DNA of 64,000 nucleotides from Acidobacteriota bacterium (GTDB lineage Bacteria > Acidobacteriota > UBA6911): contig OY761556.1 in the NCBI GenBank assembly GCA_963664705.1, forward strand, positions 6,176,001 through 6,240,000. The letters run 5' to 3'. Positions 1 to 9,463 of the stretch are shown here, piece after piece. Position 1 is the stretch's first letter. The number at the start of each line of letters is the position of its first letter. The notes under the pieces are model-generated. The model was given only the letters and a program-made list of their open reading frames with translations. It had not been told where the DNA came from and ran no database searches. The translations under genes were made by a program, and so were the position numbers.

Positions 1-915
1 AGTGGCGCTGATCCCCTGGATGCCCTGCAGCAGCAAGGGGTAATAGAGTGTTACCCCGACCATGCCAAAGAACGAAAGAAAGCCGGCTCCTGAGGCCGTG
101 ATAAAAGGCCGATTCCTGAGCACCGACGGATCCAGAATGGGTTCCTCCGCTTTTGTTTCCGCGCGCAGGAACAGAATCCAGAAAACCAGTGAGACCAGAA
201 GCAGACTGATGACCGGCGCGGATCCCCATGGATAGGTGGTGCCCGCAAAGGAAAGACCGAAAATCAGAGTAGAAGATGCAATCGCAACGGTTGTGGATCC
301 CTGAACATCAATCTTGCGCGCGGCACCCTGCACCAGCGAAGGCATTCCAAGGGTGATGCTGATGCTCAACAGAAGCAGCGGGACTCCCCACCAGAAAATA
401 TATCGCCAGCTCATGGAGTCCACCAGCCAGCCGCCCAGTGCGGGGCCGAAGACCGCGAATACTCCGGTTGGGATATTCAACAGGCCAACCCAGCGGCCGC
501 GCTCGGCCGGCGAGAACATGTCTCCGACCACGGAATACACCAGCGGAGCCAGTCCTCCCTGGCCAAGACAGAGGATCGTTCGAGCTGCGATCAGAAACAC
601 GTATGTCGGGCTGAGTGCCGATAGAACTGCTCCGACGGCAAAGATGACCAAACATAGCTGCATCATGAGCCGGCGCCCGAAGATGTCGGAGAGCTTTCCG
701 ACCAGAAGCGTCCCAAAAGCTAATCCAAGTCCTGGAATTGATACCGACCAGGAGTACAATGCCATTCCGTCAAGGTCTGCGGCCATGCGTGGGGCTGCGG
801 ATCCGGGCGTCTGGACGTAATAGCTGAAGACGAGTTGGGCAAGAAAAATGCTTGCCAGTGCCAGGAAGACCTGCTTTTTCGTATACACGAGTTGCGGCTG
901 CGCGGCTGGTTTCAC
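1..915 (-). CDS. MFS transporter (DHA2/EmrB-QacA-like), 3' end runs off the window
   Basis: Not in the ORF track because there is no stop in the window. Manual translation from GTG at 915 (RBS AAAGGGGAGA): MKPAAQPQLVYTKKQVFLALASIFLAQ...GKLSDIFGRR, which is MFS motif A, followed by hydrophobic helices. Confidence 0.85.
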   Translation of the reverse strand, partial: MKPAAQPQLVYTKKQVFLALASIFLAQLVFSYYVQTPGSAAPRMAADLDGMALYSWSVSIPGLGLAFGTLLVGKLSDIFGRRLMMQLCLVIFAVGAVLSALSPTYVFLIAARTILCLGQGGLAPLVYSVVGDMFSPAERGRWVGLLNIPTGVFAVFGPALGGWLVDSMSWRYIFWWGVPLLLLSISITLGMPSLVQGAARKIDVQGSTTVAIASSTLIFGLSFAGTTYPWGSAPVISLLLVSLVFWILFLRAETKAEEPILDPSVLRNRPFITASGAGFLSFFGMVGVTLYYPLLLQGIQGISAT

Positions 916-975
916 TTTATTCTCCCCTTTAGAATTGCTGACGAATGTACAATAAACGGGAGCAAATGAAAATCG

Positions 976-1857
976 GTGATGAGAGATAAGGGAATCTTAA
1001 ACGCTTTTGGTGCTTACTTTATCTGGGGGCTGTTTCCGGTCTACTGGAAGCTGATCCGGCATGTCCCGGCTATTCAGCTGATCGGGCATCGGATCATCTG
1101 GTCGTTTATTCTGCTTGCGGCCTTTCTTTCCATCACGCGCAGGTGGTCCGAACTGAAAACCGTTTCCTGGGATCCCAAAATCCTTCGTGTTTATCTCGTT
1201 GCGGCTGTACTGGTGGGGTTTAACTGGTTCATTTATGTCTGGGCCGTCAATTCAGGGCACATTCTTGAAGCAAGCCTGGGTTACTTCATTAATCCACTAT
1301 TCAGCGTGCTTCTGGGTGTTGTCTTTCTGAGAGAAAAACTTCGGTTCTGGCAGTGGCTGTCGGTCGGATTTGCGGGCGTAGGCGTTCTGTATCTCACACT
1401 GGCTTACAACCGTGCTCCGTGGATTGCTCTCGGACTGGCATTCACCTTTGGATGCTACGGCCTCGTCAAGAAAACTTCGCCCCTGGGATCGATAACGGGA
1501 CTGACGCTGGAATCCGGGATTCTCTTCCTGCCGGGTTTCCTCTTTCTTTTTTACCAGGACTGGATCGGAAAGGGCGCTTTTCTTCACACGGGTCTGCAGG
1601 CGGATCTCCTGATGATTGGGGCTGGTCTGGTCACAACCGTTCCATTGGTAATGTTTACCTACGCGGCCCAGAGAATTCCCCTTACCACCGTCGGCTTGAT
1701 GCACTACATTACTCCGACGGCACAATTCCTTCTTGGTATTTTCGTCTACGGCGAAGCTTTCCGTCGAGACCAGGCATTGGGATTTGGAATTGTCTGGGCA
1801 GCTCTGATTGTTTTTTGTGTTGAGGGCATTTTATTTACATCAAGAGTGCGGGAGTAA
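976..1857 (+). CDS. rarD: EamA/DMT-family transporter RarD
   Basis: AYFIWGLFPVYWK, EASLGYFINPL, YGLVKK and YITPT motifs; about 10 TM helices. Confidence 0.9.
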   Translation: MMRDKGILNAFGAYFIWGLFPVYWKLIRHVPAIQLIGHRIIWSFILLAAFLSITRRWSELKTVSWDPKILRVYLVAAVLVGFNWFIYVWAVNSGHILEASLGYFINPLFSVLLGVVFLREKLRFWQWLSVGFAGVGVLYLTLAYNRAPWIALGLAFTFGCYGLVKKTSPLGSITGLTLESGILFLPGFLFLFYQDWIGKGAFLHTGLQADLLMIGAGLVTTVPLVMFTYAAQRIPLTTVGLMHYITPTAQFLLGIFVYGEAFRRDQALGFGIVWAALIVFCVEGILFTSRVRE

Positions 1858-1860
1858 TCG

Positions 1861-2307
1861 ATGGACGAATTCATGCAAGCTGCCATTGAAGAAGCCAGGA
1901 AGGGTCTTGCCGAAGGCGGAATTCCGATCGGTTCGGTGCTGGTGGTCGATGGCATAATTGTGGGGAGGGGACATAACCGTCGCGTTCAACAATCGAGCGC
2001 GATCCTTCACGCCGAGATGGATGCCCTGGAAAACGCTGGTCGGCTTTCAGCCGAGAGCTATCGCCGGGCAGTGCTCTACTCGACCCTGTCGCCGTGCGAT
2101 ATGTGCACCGGCGCCGCGCTACTCTATAAAATTCCTAAAATTGTAATCGGGGAAAATCGGACGTTTCGCGGGCCCGAGGAATACTCTGTTTCCCGCGGAG
2201 TCGAACTGGTGATCCTCGATGATCCGGACTGCTTTCGGATGATGCAGGATTTTATTAAGAACAGGCCGGAGCTTTGGAACGAAGATATCGGAGAAATCGA
2301 CGCCTAA
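1861..2307 (+). CDS. Zn-dependent cytosine/nucleoside deaminase (fungal Fcy1-like fold)
   Basis: HAE and SPCDMC zinc motifs; GGIPIGSVL and C-terminal WNEDIGE. Confidence 0.88.
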   Translation: MDEFMQAAIEEARKGLAEGGIPIGSVLVVDGIIVGRGHNRRVQQSSAILHAEMDALENAGRLSAESYRRAVLYSTLSPCDMCTGAALLYKIPKIVIGENRTFRGPEEYSVSRGVELVILDDPDCFRMMQDFIKNRPELWNEDIGEIDA

Positions 2308-2441
2308 CTCCTGCCTCCTGTCTCCTTTCTTTTATTCTTCTTTGACCTTTCATAGCCCTTTAGTAGCATGGAGCCCGAAGATCGGAAGCGCCGTTTTATT
2401 TCTGACACCTGGCTTCTGACTTCTGAACAAGGAGAAATGAC

Positions 2442-2942
2442 GTGGCGGCAACAAAGTTGATAACACTGACGGTAAATGGAATGGTTCATGAACTCGACAT
2501 CGGCACACGCTCAGGGCAGGTCGATCCCTCGCACACCCTGATCTTTACCTTGCGCGAGACGCTCGGATTGACAGGCACCAAGATGTCGTGCGGTGAGGGC
2601 GCTTGTGGAATCTGTACGGTCATTATGGATGGGAAGGCGGTTCCTTCCTGCCGAATTCTCACTGTCGAATGTGATGGAAAGAACATCACAACGGTCGAAG
2701 GGTTGCGGGACTCCAAAACGGGTGAGCTGGATCCGTTGCAGCAGGCTTTCATTGACCATACTGCATTTCAATGCGGCTTTTGTACGCCGGGAATGTTGAT
2801 GACGGCAAAAGCCCTCCTCAACGACAACCCGCATCCCACGGAGGAAGAGGTGAAGGAAGCTTTGTCCGGCAATTTTTGCCGTTGTGTCAGCCATTACCAG
2901 GTGTTGAAGGCCGTCATGTCGGTTGCAGAGAGGGGGCAATAG
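2442..2942 (+). CDS. Xanthine dehydrogenase family 2x[2Fe-2S] small subunit
   Basis: GTKMSCGEGACGICTV...C and QCGFCTPG...NFCRC; RBS AAGGAG before the GTG start. Confidence 0.93.
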   Translation: MAATKLITLTVNGMVHELDIGTRSGQVDPSHTLIFTLRETLGLTGTKMSCGEGACGICTVIMDGKAVPSCRILTVECDGKNITTVEGLRDSKTGELDPLQQAFIDHTAFQCGFCTPGMLMTAKALLNDNPHPTEEEVKEALSGNFCRCVSHYQVLKAVMSVAERGQ

Positions 2943-2943
2943 C

Positions 2944-5214
2944 ATGGGCGAGAACTATCGCTGGATAGGGAAGAAGATGCCCCGTCGTGATGCGGCCGAG
3001 GTTGTGACCGGGACAGCAAAATATCTGGACGATCTGAAGTTTCAGAATTTGCTTTACGGCAAGGTGCTGCGCAGCCCGCACGCGCACGCGAATATCAAAA
3101 GGATAGACAAAAGCAAAGCGCAAGCGCTGCCGGGTGTTGCTGCCGTGGTGACATGGGAAGATATTCCGGACTGGAAAGGTGGAACGCCCCGAATGGTCCG
3201 CGTACTTGACAATAAAGTCCGGTACGTTGGGGATGCGGTGGCCCTGGTTGCGGCGACCACAGAACAGATTGCGGAAGAGGCTTTGAAGCTGATCGACGTG
3301 GAATACGAGGTTCTGTCCGCCGTCTTTGATATCGATTCCGCCCTCAAGCCGGATGCTCCGCTCCTGTATGAGGAGCTTGGAAGCAATATCCTCCCCGGCG
3401 GAACGATCATCTATGGTCCCAACTGCCTGAAGGGAGTAGTCCGTGGCGATGTGGATAAGGGATTTGCAGAGGCGGATGTCATAACCGAAGGTACTTTCGG
3501 ATATGAGAATACGCCCAACGCGGCGCCTCCGGAATGTGTCGGTGCTGTTGCCGTATGGGAACCGCCCAACAACGCCACCATCTGGGGCACCAGCCAGGCG
3601 CCCTATCTCGACAAAGTGACGCTGTTCCACGTATTCAACCGGCAAGTTGAAATCCGGAGCATCGCCAACCATGTCGGCGCCGGGTTCGGCACCAAGATCA
3701 TGTGCTGGCAGGTGCAGGCCTATGCCATTATTCTTGCCCGCGCAACCGGCCGGCCGGTAAAAGTCGTGTTCACCAAAGAGGAACACCTGGCTGCCTTTAC
3801 TTTGCGGATCAGCTCCAGGATCCACGCCAAAGTCGGGATGAAAAATGATGGTGAAGTCACTGCCATTCAGGGAACCTGGTATGTAGATACCGGTTACTAT
3901 TCGTTTACAACACAAGCCCAGGTTGCAGTCGGATCGGGTGAGCTCCAGATTGTGGCGCAATGTCCGAACTGGGATCTGAAGAATACCATTGTGGCCACGA
4001 ACAGAAACGCCTCCGGTGCGACCAGAGGTTTTGGTGGGCTGGAATTGAAGTGCTCGTTTATTCCGTTGCTCTGCCTGGCTATGCAGAAGGCGAAGCTGGA
4101 TCCTTTCGAAGTGCTGAAGAAGAACTTCATCAAACCGGGGAATACCGGGTACTTCTGGCGCGATGGCGAATGGTACGACTACCGCGGCATCGATTTTTCC
4201 AAATCCATGGATGCCGGCGCAGATCTGTTCGGATGGAAAGATAAATGGAAGGACTGGCTGACGCCCAGTTCAGTGGATGGCGTCAAGCGCCGCGGCATCG
4301 GCGTGGGCGTACACGGCAATGCGGATATTGGCGAAGATACCGCCGAAGCCTACATCCAGCTTGGGTATAACAATACGGCCACAATCTTTCTCTGCGTTGC
4401 GGAGCACGGTACCGGCCAGAAATCCAATTACGCGAGGATGGCGGCTGAAGTCCTCCAGATCCCGCCGGAGCGGATCGCCATGTCTCCGGCTGATTCGCTG
4501 GTCACTCCATTTGAATTCGGCGCGGTCGGTTCGCGCGGCACCTATGCGATCGGAAGCGCAGTCATTAACGCAGCTCAGGATGCCAAGAGGCAGTTGCTCG
4601 AGCTGGCGGCGCCAAAACTGGGCGCCGATCCAAAGGATCTCGATACGGTCGATGGCGTTGTTTTTGTCAAAGGACAGCCGAACAAAGGGATCAAGTGGCG
4701 AGCGATGGGAAATGATCGGACCATCCTGGGCTATGGACGGTTTGATCCCGACTTCACGATGTGCAACATGATCATGTGCTTTGTTGAGGTGGAAGTTGAT
4801 ATTGAGACCGGTAAGGTGAGCCTGATCCGTGCAGTCAATGCCACGGACGTCGGTCAGGTTATTGATCCGGTCGGACTCGCCGCCCAGCTCAATTCGTCCT
4901 GGGGCTCCGCCGGAATTGACAGCGGAATTTTCGAAGAAGCCGTGATTGACCGGCGAACCGGGCACATGCTCAACTCCAACCTGATCGACTATAAATGGAG
5001 AACTTTTTCGGAACTGCCCATTGCTGAGTGTGTGGCACTGGAAACCCCATTTCCCACGCATCAATTTCACGCGGTAGGGGTGGGCGAGATTGCTACAGCT
5101 CCCGGGACGACGGCTGTTTTGATGGCGGTGTCGAATGCAATCGGCACCTGGTTGTATCAATACCCCGCGACTCCGGATCGCGTGTTGAAGGCACTCGGGA
5201 AAGGAGTCGCATAA
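2944..5214 (+). CDS. Xanthine dehydrogenase family molybdopterin-binding large subunit
   Basis: LRSPHAHA, GAGFGTK, TRGFG, GSRGT and GVGE (catalytic Glu) motifs; start taken at ATG 2944. Confidence 0.93.
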   Translation: MGENYRWIGKKMPRRDAAEVVTGTAKYLDDLKFQNLLYGKVLRSPHAHANIKRIDKSKAQALPGVAAVVTWEDIPDWKGGTPRMVRVLDNKVRYVGDAVALVAATTEQIAEEALKLIDVEYEVLSAVFDIDSALKPDAPLLYEELGSNILPGGTIIYGPNCLKGVVRGDVDKGFAEADVITEGTFGYENTPNAAPPECVGAVAVWEPPNNATIWGTSQAPYLDKVTLFHVFNRQVEIRSIANHVGAGFGTKIMCWQVQAYAIILARATGRPVKVVFTKEEHLAAFTLRISSRIHAKVGMKNDGEVTAIQGTWYVDTGYYSFTTQAQVAVGSGELQIVAQCPNWDLKNTIVATNRNASGATRGFGGLELKCSFIPLLCLAMQKAKLDPFEVLKKNFIKPGNTGYFWRDGEWYDYRGIDFSKSMDAGADLFGWKDKWKDWLTPSSVDGVKRRGIGVGVHGNADIGEDTAEAYIQLGYNNTATIFLCVAEHGTGQKSNYARMAAEVLQIPPERIAMSPADSLVTPFEFGAVGSRGTYAIGSAVINAAQDAKRQLLELAAPKLGADPKDLDTVDGVVFVKGQPNKGIKWRAMGNDRTILGYGRFDPDFTMCNMIMCFVEVEVDIETGKVSLIRAVNATDVGQVIDPVGLAAQLNSSWGSAGIDSGIFEEAVIDRRTGHMLNSNLIDYKWRTFSELPIAECVALETPFPTHQFHAVGVGEIATAPGTTAVLMAVSNAIGTWLYQYPATPDRVLKALGKGVA

Positions 5215-7562
5215 TGAAAAAGTTCACACACCATAATGCGCGATCGCTGAAAGAAGCCGCGACTCTGCTGTCGAAATACAATGGGAAAGCGAAGGTCAAC
5301 GCCGGCGGGACGGATCTCCTGGGGACGCTTCGAGAGAACAGTGCCGCGGACTATCCGGAAGCCGTCATCAATATCAAGAACGTTCCGAAACTCAATTATG
5401 TCAAAGCCGGCAGCAGAGGCTTGAAAATAGGCGCCCTCACAACTCTTGCAGATTTGCTGAAGTCGCCTGCAATTCGGGCGGATTATCCGCTTCTGGCGGA
5501 AGCAACCCATGCGGTGGCAAGTCCGAATTTGAGAAACATGGCTACGATTGGCGGCAACCTTGCCCAGGACGTACGGTGCTGGTATTACCGCTATCCCCAG
5601 CAGATTGGCGGGCCGATTGTCTGCCTTCGCAAAGGAGGCAAGACCTGCAGCGCCCTGCTGGGAGACAACCGGTACCATTCTATCTTTGGTGCCGCGGCTG
5701 CGAATGAACGACGATGCGCCGGCCACTGCCCGGCCCACATCAACATACCGGGTTACCTGAAGCACGTTCGAAAGGGGAATCTCGGGGAGGCCGCCAGGGT
5801 GTTGATGCGGTACAACCCTATACCTGCGATTACGGGAAGAGTCTGCCCGATCTTTTGCGAACCACAGTGCAATCGCGCCGAGTTCGATGATTCGGTTGCC
5901 ATACACCTGGTGGAGCGTGGCGTTGGAGACTACATCCTTGATCATGTTGTGGAGTGCTTCGTCCCTCCTCAAACAACATCCGGGAAAAAGATCGCCATCA
6001 TCGGTTCCGGGCCGGCCGGAATGACGGCGGCCTTCTATCTGAGAAAGTCCGGTCACGAAGTTACCGTATATGAACGGATGCCGGAAGCCGGTGGTATGCT
6101 TTCCTATAGCATCCCGCCATTCCGTTTGCCGAAGGATGTGGTCCGACGGCAAGTCCAGGCGCTGCAGTCCATGGGGATCCGGTTTGAAGTCGGATCGACA
6201 ATAACGGATCCGCGCGCTATCGATCAGATGCAATCCAGTTTTGATGCGGTGTTGCTGGCCGGCGGGACCTGGAAAAGCCTGAAGCTTGGCATTGCGGGAG
6301 AGGATGCGCCGAACGTTTCCCATGCGCTTGATTACCTCAGCAAAATCAATGCCGGCGAGAAAATCGCCCTGGGCCGCAGGGTTATTGTCGTTGGCGGGGG
6401 CAGCGTTGCGATTGATGTAGCCAGAACCGCTCGCAGGCTGGGATCGGAAGACGTCCTTATCGTTTGCCTGGAGACGAGAGATCTCGCGTCCGGTGATCGG
6501 ATGCCGGCTTTGGATTGGGAAATTGCGGAGGCGGAAGAGGAAGGCATTGTCATTCATCCTTCCGCCGGAGTCCGGGAGTTCCTGTTGCAGGACGGACGGG
6601 CGGTTGGAATCAGAACGAAACGATGTGTTTCTGTGCGCGAACAGGACGGCCGGTTCAATCCCCAATATGATGAATCGGCTGAAGGCGAAAGCTACCAGGC
6701 CGAAAGCATCGTTGTGGCAATTGGGCAAGCCGATGACCAGACGTTGGCATTTGTCCAACAGGCAGCCTCTGGTCAGGGTCGGACATTTTCCTGCGGCGAT
6801 ATGACCTCCGGCCCATCCACGGTTATCCAGGCAGTTGCTTCCGCGAAAACTGCCGTTCAGGACATTGAGACATATTTGAATGGTGGCCGACTGCCTGACG
6901 TGAGCGACGAGGAACCGGAGTTTGCGGAATCCAGTTTCGAAAATATTCCGAGAGCCGTGGTCCATGCAGCGAACGTGGCTGACCGGATCCGGAGTATCGA
7001 TGGCGAAGATGTTCCAGGCCTCAGCCTGGCTGACATCGAAACCGAAGCGAAGCGGTGCGTCAGCTGCGGGTGCCTCGCGGTGGGGCCATCCGATCTGGCC
7101 ATTGCGCTGGTTGCCCTGGATGCAAGCATCGTTACCACGCAGAGAACGCTGGAGGCCAAGGCGTTTTTCGCGGCCAGCGCGACATCTTCGACTGTTCTCC
7201 GACCCGATGAACTGGTCAAGGAAATTCAAATTCCTAAACCGCCAAAGGGAGCGCATCAGAGTTATCGCAAATTTACCCTGCGGAAACCGCTCGATTTTGC
7301 TGTTGTGAGCGTGGCGTCCATCATTTCATCCAAGAACGGAATTTGTTCTGATGCACGCATCACGCTTGGCGCTGTAGCGCCGGCTCCTCTGCGTGCCAGC
7401 GCGGCCGAAACAGCATTGCAGGGAAAGCCTCTCAACGAAGAATCCGCTTCCGAGGCGGCAACGCTTGCTTTGAATGGCGCCATGCCACTGAGTATGAACG
7501 CGTATAAGGCTGAGATTGCCCGCGTGCTGATCCGGCGATCGATTCTGGGCATCCCGGAATAG
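5214..7562 (+). CDS. Mo-hydroxylase FAD subunit (PaoB/HcrB-like) with an inserted GltD/NfnB-like Fe-S flavoprotein module
   Basis: TAATG coupling to the upstream gene; AGGTDL, RNMATIGGNL, CWYYR..C..C, then CAGHCP, GRVCPIFCEPQC, GSGPAG, GGGSVAID, EAKRCVSC, then the FAD subunit resumes with CLAVGPSD...LGAVAPAP. Confidence 0.88.
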   Translation: MKKFTHHNARSLKEAATLLSKYNGKAKVNAGGTDLLGTLRENSAADYPEAVINIKNVPKLNYVKAGSRGLKIGALTTLADLLKSPAIRADYPLLAEATHAVASPNLRNMATIGGNLAQDVRCWYYRYPQQIGGPIVCLRKGGKTCSALLGDNRYHSIFGAAAANERRCAGHCPAHINIPGYLKHVRKGNLGEAARVLMRYNPIPAITGRVCPIFCEPQCNRAEFDDSVAIHLVERGVGDYILDHVVECFVPPQTTSGKKIAIIGSGPAGMTAAFYLRKSGHEVTVYERMPEAGGMLSYSIPPFRLPKDVVRRQVQALQSMGIRFEVGSTITDPRAIDQMQSSFDAVLLAGGTWKSLKLGIAGEDAPNVSHALDYLSKINAGEKIALGRRVIVVGGGSVAIDVARTARRLGSEDVLIVCLETRDLASGDRMPALDWEIAEAEEEGIVIHPSAGVREFLLQDGRAVGIRTKRCVSVREQDGRFNPQYDESAEGESYQAESIVVAIGQADDQTLAFVQQAASGQGRTFSCGDMTSGPSTVIQAVASAKTAVQDIETYLNGGRLPDVSDEEPEFAESSFENIPRAVVHAANVADRIRSIDGEDVPGLSLADIETEAKRCVSCGCLAVGPSDLAIALVALDASIVTTQRTLEAKAFFAASATSSTVLRPDELVKEIQIPKPPKGAHQSYRKFTLRKPLDFAVVSVASIISSKNGICSDARITLGAVAPAPLRASAAETALQGKPLNEESASEAATLALNGAMPLSMNAYKAEIARVLIRRSILGIPE

Positions 7563-7586
7563 CTGCGGTAGGACCTGCGACAGCTT

Positions 7587-7616
7587 GGAGACTGAGAGCC
7601 GGCGCTCTCAGTCTCC
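7587..7616. terminator. Perfect 13-bp hairpin between convergent genes
   Basis: GGAGACTGAGAGC-cggc-GCTCTCAGTCTCC between stops at 7562 and 7627; no clear U-tract, so it may be a REP-like element. Confidence 0.55.
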
Positions 7617-7626
7617 GAGAGTGTTC

Positions 7627-8313
7627 CTATTGAGTCAAATAGGAAAGAACTTCACCCATAATCCCATTGATGTTACGGTAGAAATCCTCGGGCGCAGTGC
7701 GCACCTCCGCTTCCGTCTGAACATATTTGCCGGGAACCGCAACATCGCTCAGACAGTTGTCTAAAATGCTGAGGGCTAGTTCAGGCGTTGTTTCCAGGTG
7801 AAATTGCAGGCCAAGCACATTCCTGCCAATTTGGAATGCCTGATTCTCACAACCCTCGCTCCTGGCCAGCTGCACGGCGCCCGCGGGCAGATCGAAGGTC
7901 TCGCCGTGCCAATGAAAGGCAGTAAAATCCTTCGGAAATTGGAACGCAGTCGCCGGGCCGGGGACTGTCCGTACGGGAAACCAACCGATCTCCCGCTCAC
8001 CATTTCGATACACCTTTGCCCCTAGAGCGCTGGCGATCAGCTGAGCGCCAAGGCAAATCCCAAGGACTGGAATGCCTCGCGCCACGGCATCCCGGACGAA
8101 CTGCTTCTCAGGAACAAGCCAGGGGAAGACTTCTTCATCGTTCACGCTCATCGATCCGCCCATGATGATGATCATTTCAATGGAATCCAGCGAAGGGAGT
8201 ACTGCCGATTCGAAAAAGCGTGTGTGGGAGATCCGGGCTCCGCATGCCTTCAGCCAGGAATCGATGCTGCCAATACTCTCGAACGGGACATGCTGCAAAA
8301 TGTGAACCTTCAT
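7627..8313 (-). CDS. Class I glutamine amidotransferase (stand-alone)
   Basis: LGICLGAQ nucleophile elbow, HWHGETF, QFHLE (Cys-His-Glu triad). Confidence 0.9.
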   Translation of the reverse strand: MKVHILQHVPFESIGSIDSWLKACGARISHTRFFESAVLPSLDSIEMIIIMGGSMSVNDEEVFPWLVPEKQFVRDAVARGIPVLGICLGAQLIASALGAKVYRNGEREIGWFPVRTVPGPATAFQFPKDFTAFHWHGETFDLPAGAVQLARSEGCENQAFQIGRNVLGLQFHLETTPELALSILDNCLSDVAVPGKYVQTEAEVRTAPEDFYRNINGIMGEVLSYLTQ

Positions 8314-8345
8314 GAAGGCAATCCTTTGAATGTCTGTGCTGATAG

Positions 8346-9302
8346 TTAGGCTGACTTCCTATTGAATAGCAGCACCGCGCTTTCCAGTTCCGGAGGGATG
8401 ACCATTAAGCTCAACTTTCGGTCGATGCCCCACTCAAACCTGGTCTGTTCTTCATAGCTGGTCCAGTTTCCACTGGCAAACCTGAACCGGCTTCCAATGA
8501 CGATATAGGATTCGACGCTCCTTGTATTGAACACATGCCGCTCGAAGCTGTTTCCCGGAGGCGGCCAGGAGCAGATCACGACCTGCGGTTCGTATTTTGC
8601 CAACGCCTGCTTCGCCCCCAGCTTTTCCACGGCATCCGGGTATTCGATGCGATGGCTCCAGCTATAGTCATCGGTGGCCCGTGCGGATATTCCCTGCTTT
8701 GTAAGAAATCCCGTCAGGGTCCCATCGCCTGCGCCTATCTCAAGGCAGGTTCGATTCCCGATGAATCGGCAGAATTCCCATGTCAGTTCCCGGGAATAAA
8801 AACAATAGATGCCCTTGGTTTGCACCAGGGGCATCAAGATCCTCTTTTGAGTGATAAATCGCCACCAGAAGTTGAAGCATTTTAGAGACGCCGGCTTCCG
8901 CGTCAGATGGCGCTCAAAAAGAAGTTTCTGAATGATATATCCATTGATCCGGTTCAGGCGGACCTTTCCCGTCGAGCCGATCGCGGCCGTTTGGTAGCAC
9001 AGGCCGGCGGCCAGAAGGAACATTCTGTTACGGATCAATTGCGGCATTGCCGACTCTATAACTTTGGGATTGTGCCGGCTTTTTTCGACCCGGTTTTTCC
9101 ATGTCTCCTGGGTCAGTCTTTTTTGAGTGCAGGAATCGGTGAATTCAGGGCCGTTGCTGTTCTTGAGAGCGTTTATGAGTTCGGGCCCCACGCATTGCCA
9201 ATCCTGCGGGTATCGATCCATTAGCTCCTGAAGGCTTGCCTTGTGACAGACCCAGATATATTCATCCTTCGGACGCAGTTTTTCGCTCATGAATTCTTGC
9301 AC
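8346..9302 (-). CDS. Hypothetical protein with a C-terminal class I SAM-dependent methyltransferase domain
   Basis: LEIGAGDG motif I and ICSWPP; start may be ATG 9290. Confidence 0.65.
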   Translation of the reverse strand: MQEFMSEKLRPKDEYIWVCHKASLQELMDRYPQDWQCVGPELINALKNSNGPEFTDSCTQKRLTQETWKNRVEKSRHNPKVIESAMPQLIRNRMFLLAAGLCYQTAAIGSTGKVRLNRINGYIIQKLLFERHLTRKPASLKCFNFWWRFITQKRILMPLVQTKGIYCFYSRELTWEFCRFIGNRTCLEIGAGDGTLTGFLTKQGISARATDDYSWSHRIEYPDAVEKLGAKQALAKYEPQVVICSWPPPGNSFERHVFNTRSVESYIVIGSRFRFASGNWTSYEEQTRFEWGIDRKLSLMVIPPELESAVLLFNRKSA

Positions 9303-9463
9303 CTTCCGGGCGACGCCGGATTCATTACCCGGCTAGGAGGTTAACATCCTGGGAGGAGCGGAACAACCGTTTCGCCGCAGACAGGAATGATTTAACCTTT
9401 TTTGTTTGGAAACTTCAGGAGAGCGTGTCTAAATACTTCGTCGCACTATACGGGTGAGAGTGG

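Noticed and set aside
5157-7256. 699-aa minus-strand ORF, and similar long antisense ORFs (2914-3960, 33699-34889, 48535-49857, 56409-57707, 61230-62849)
   Set aside because: Antisense shadows of well-supported genes in GC-rich DNA; no recognisable motifs.
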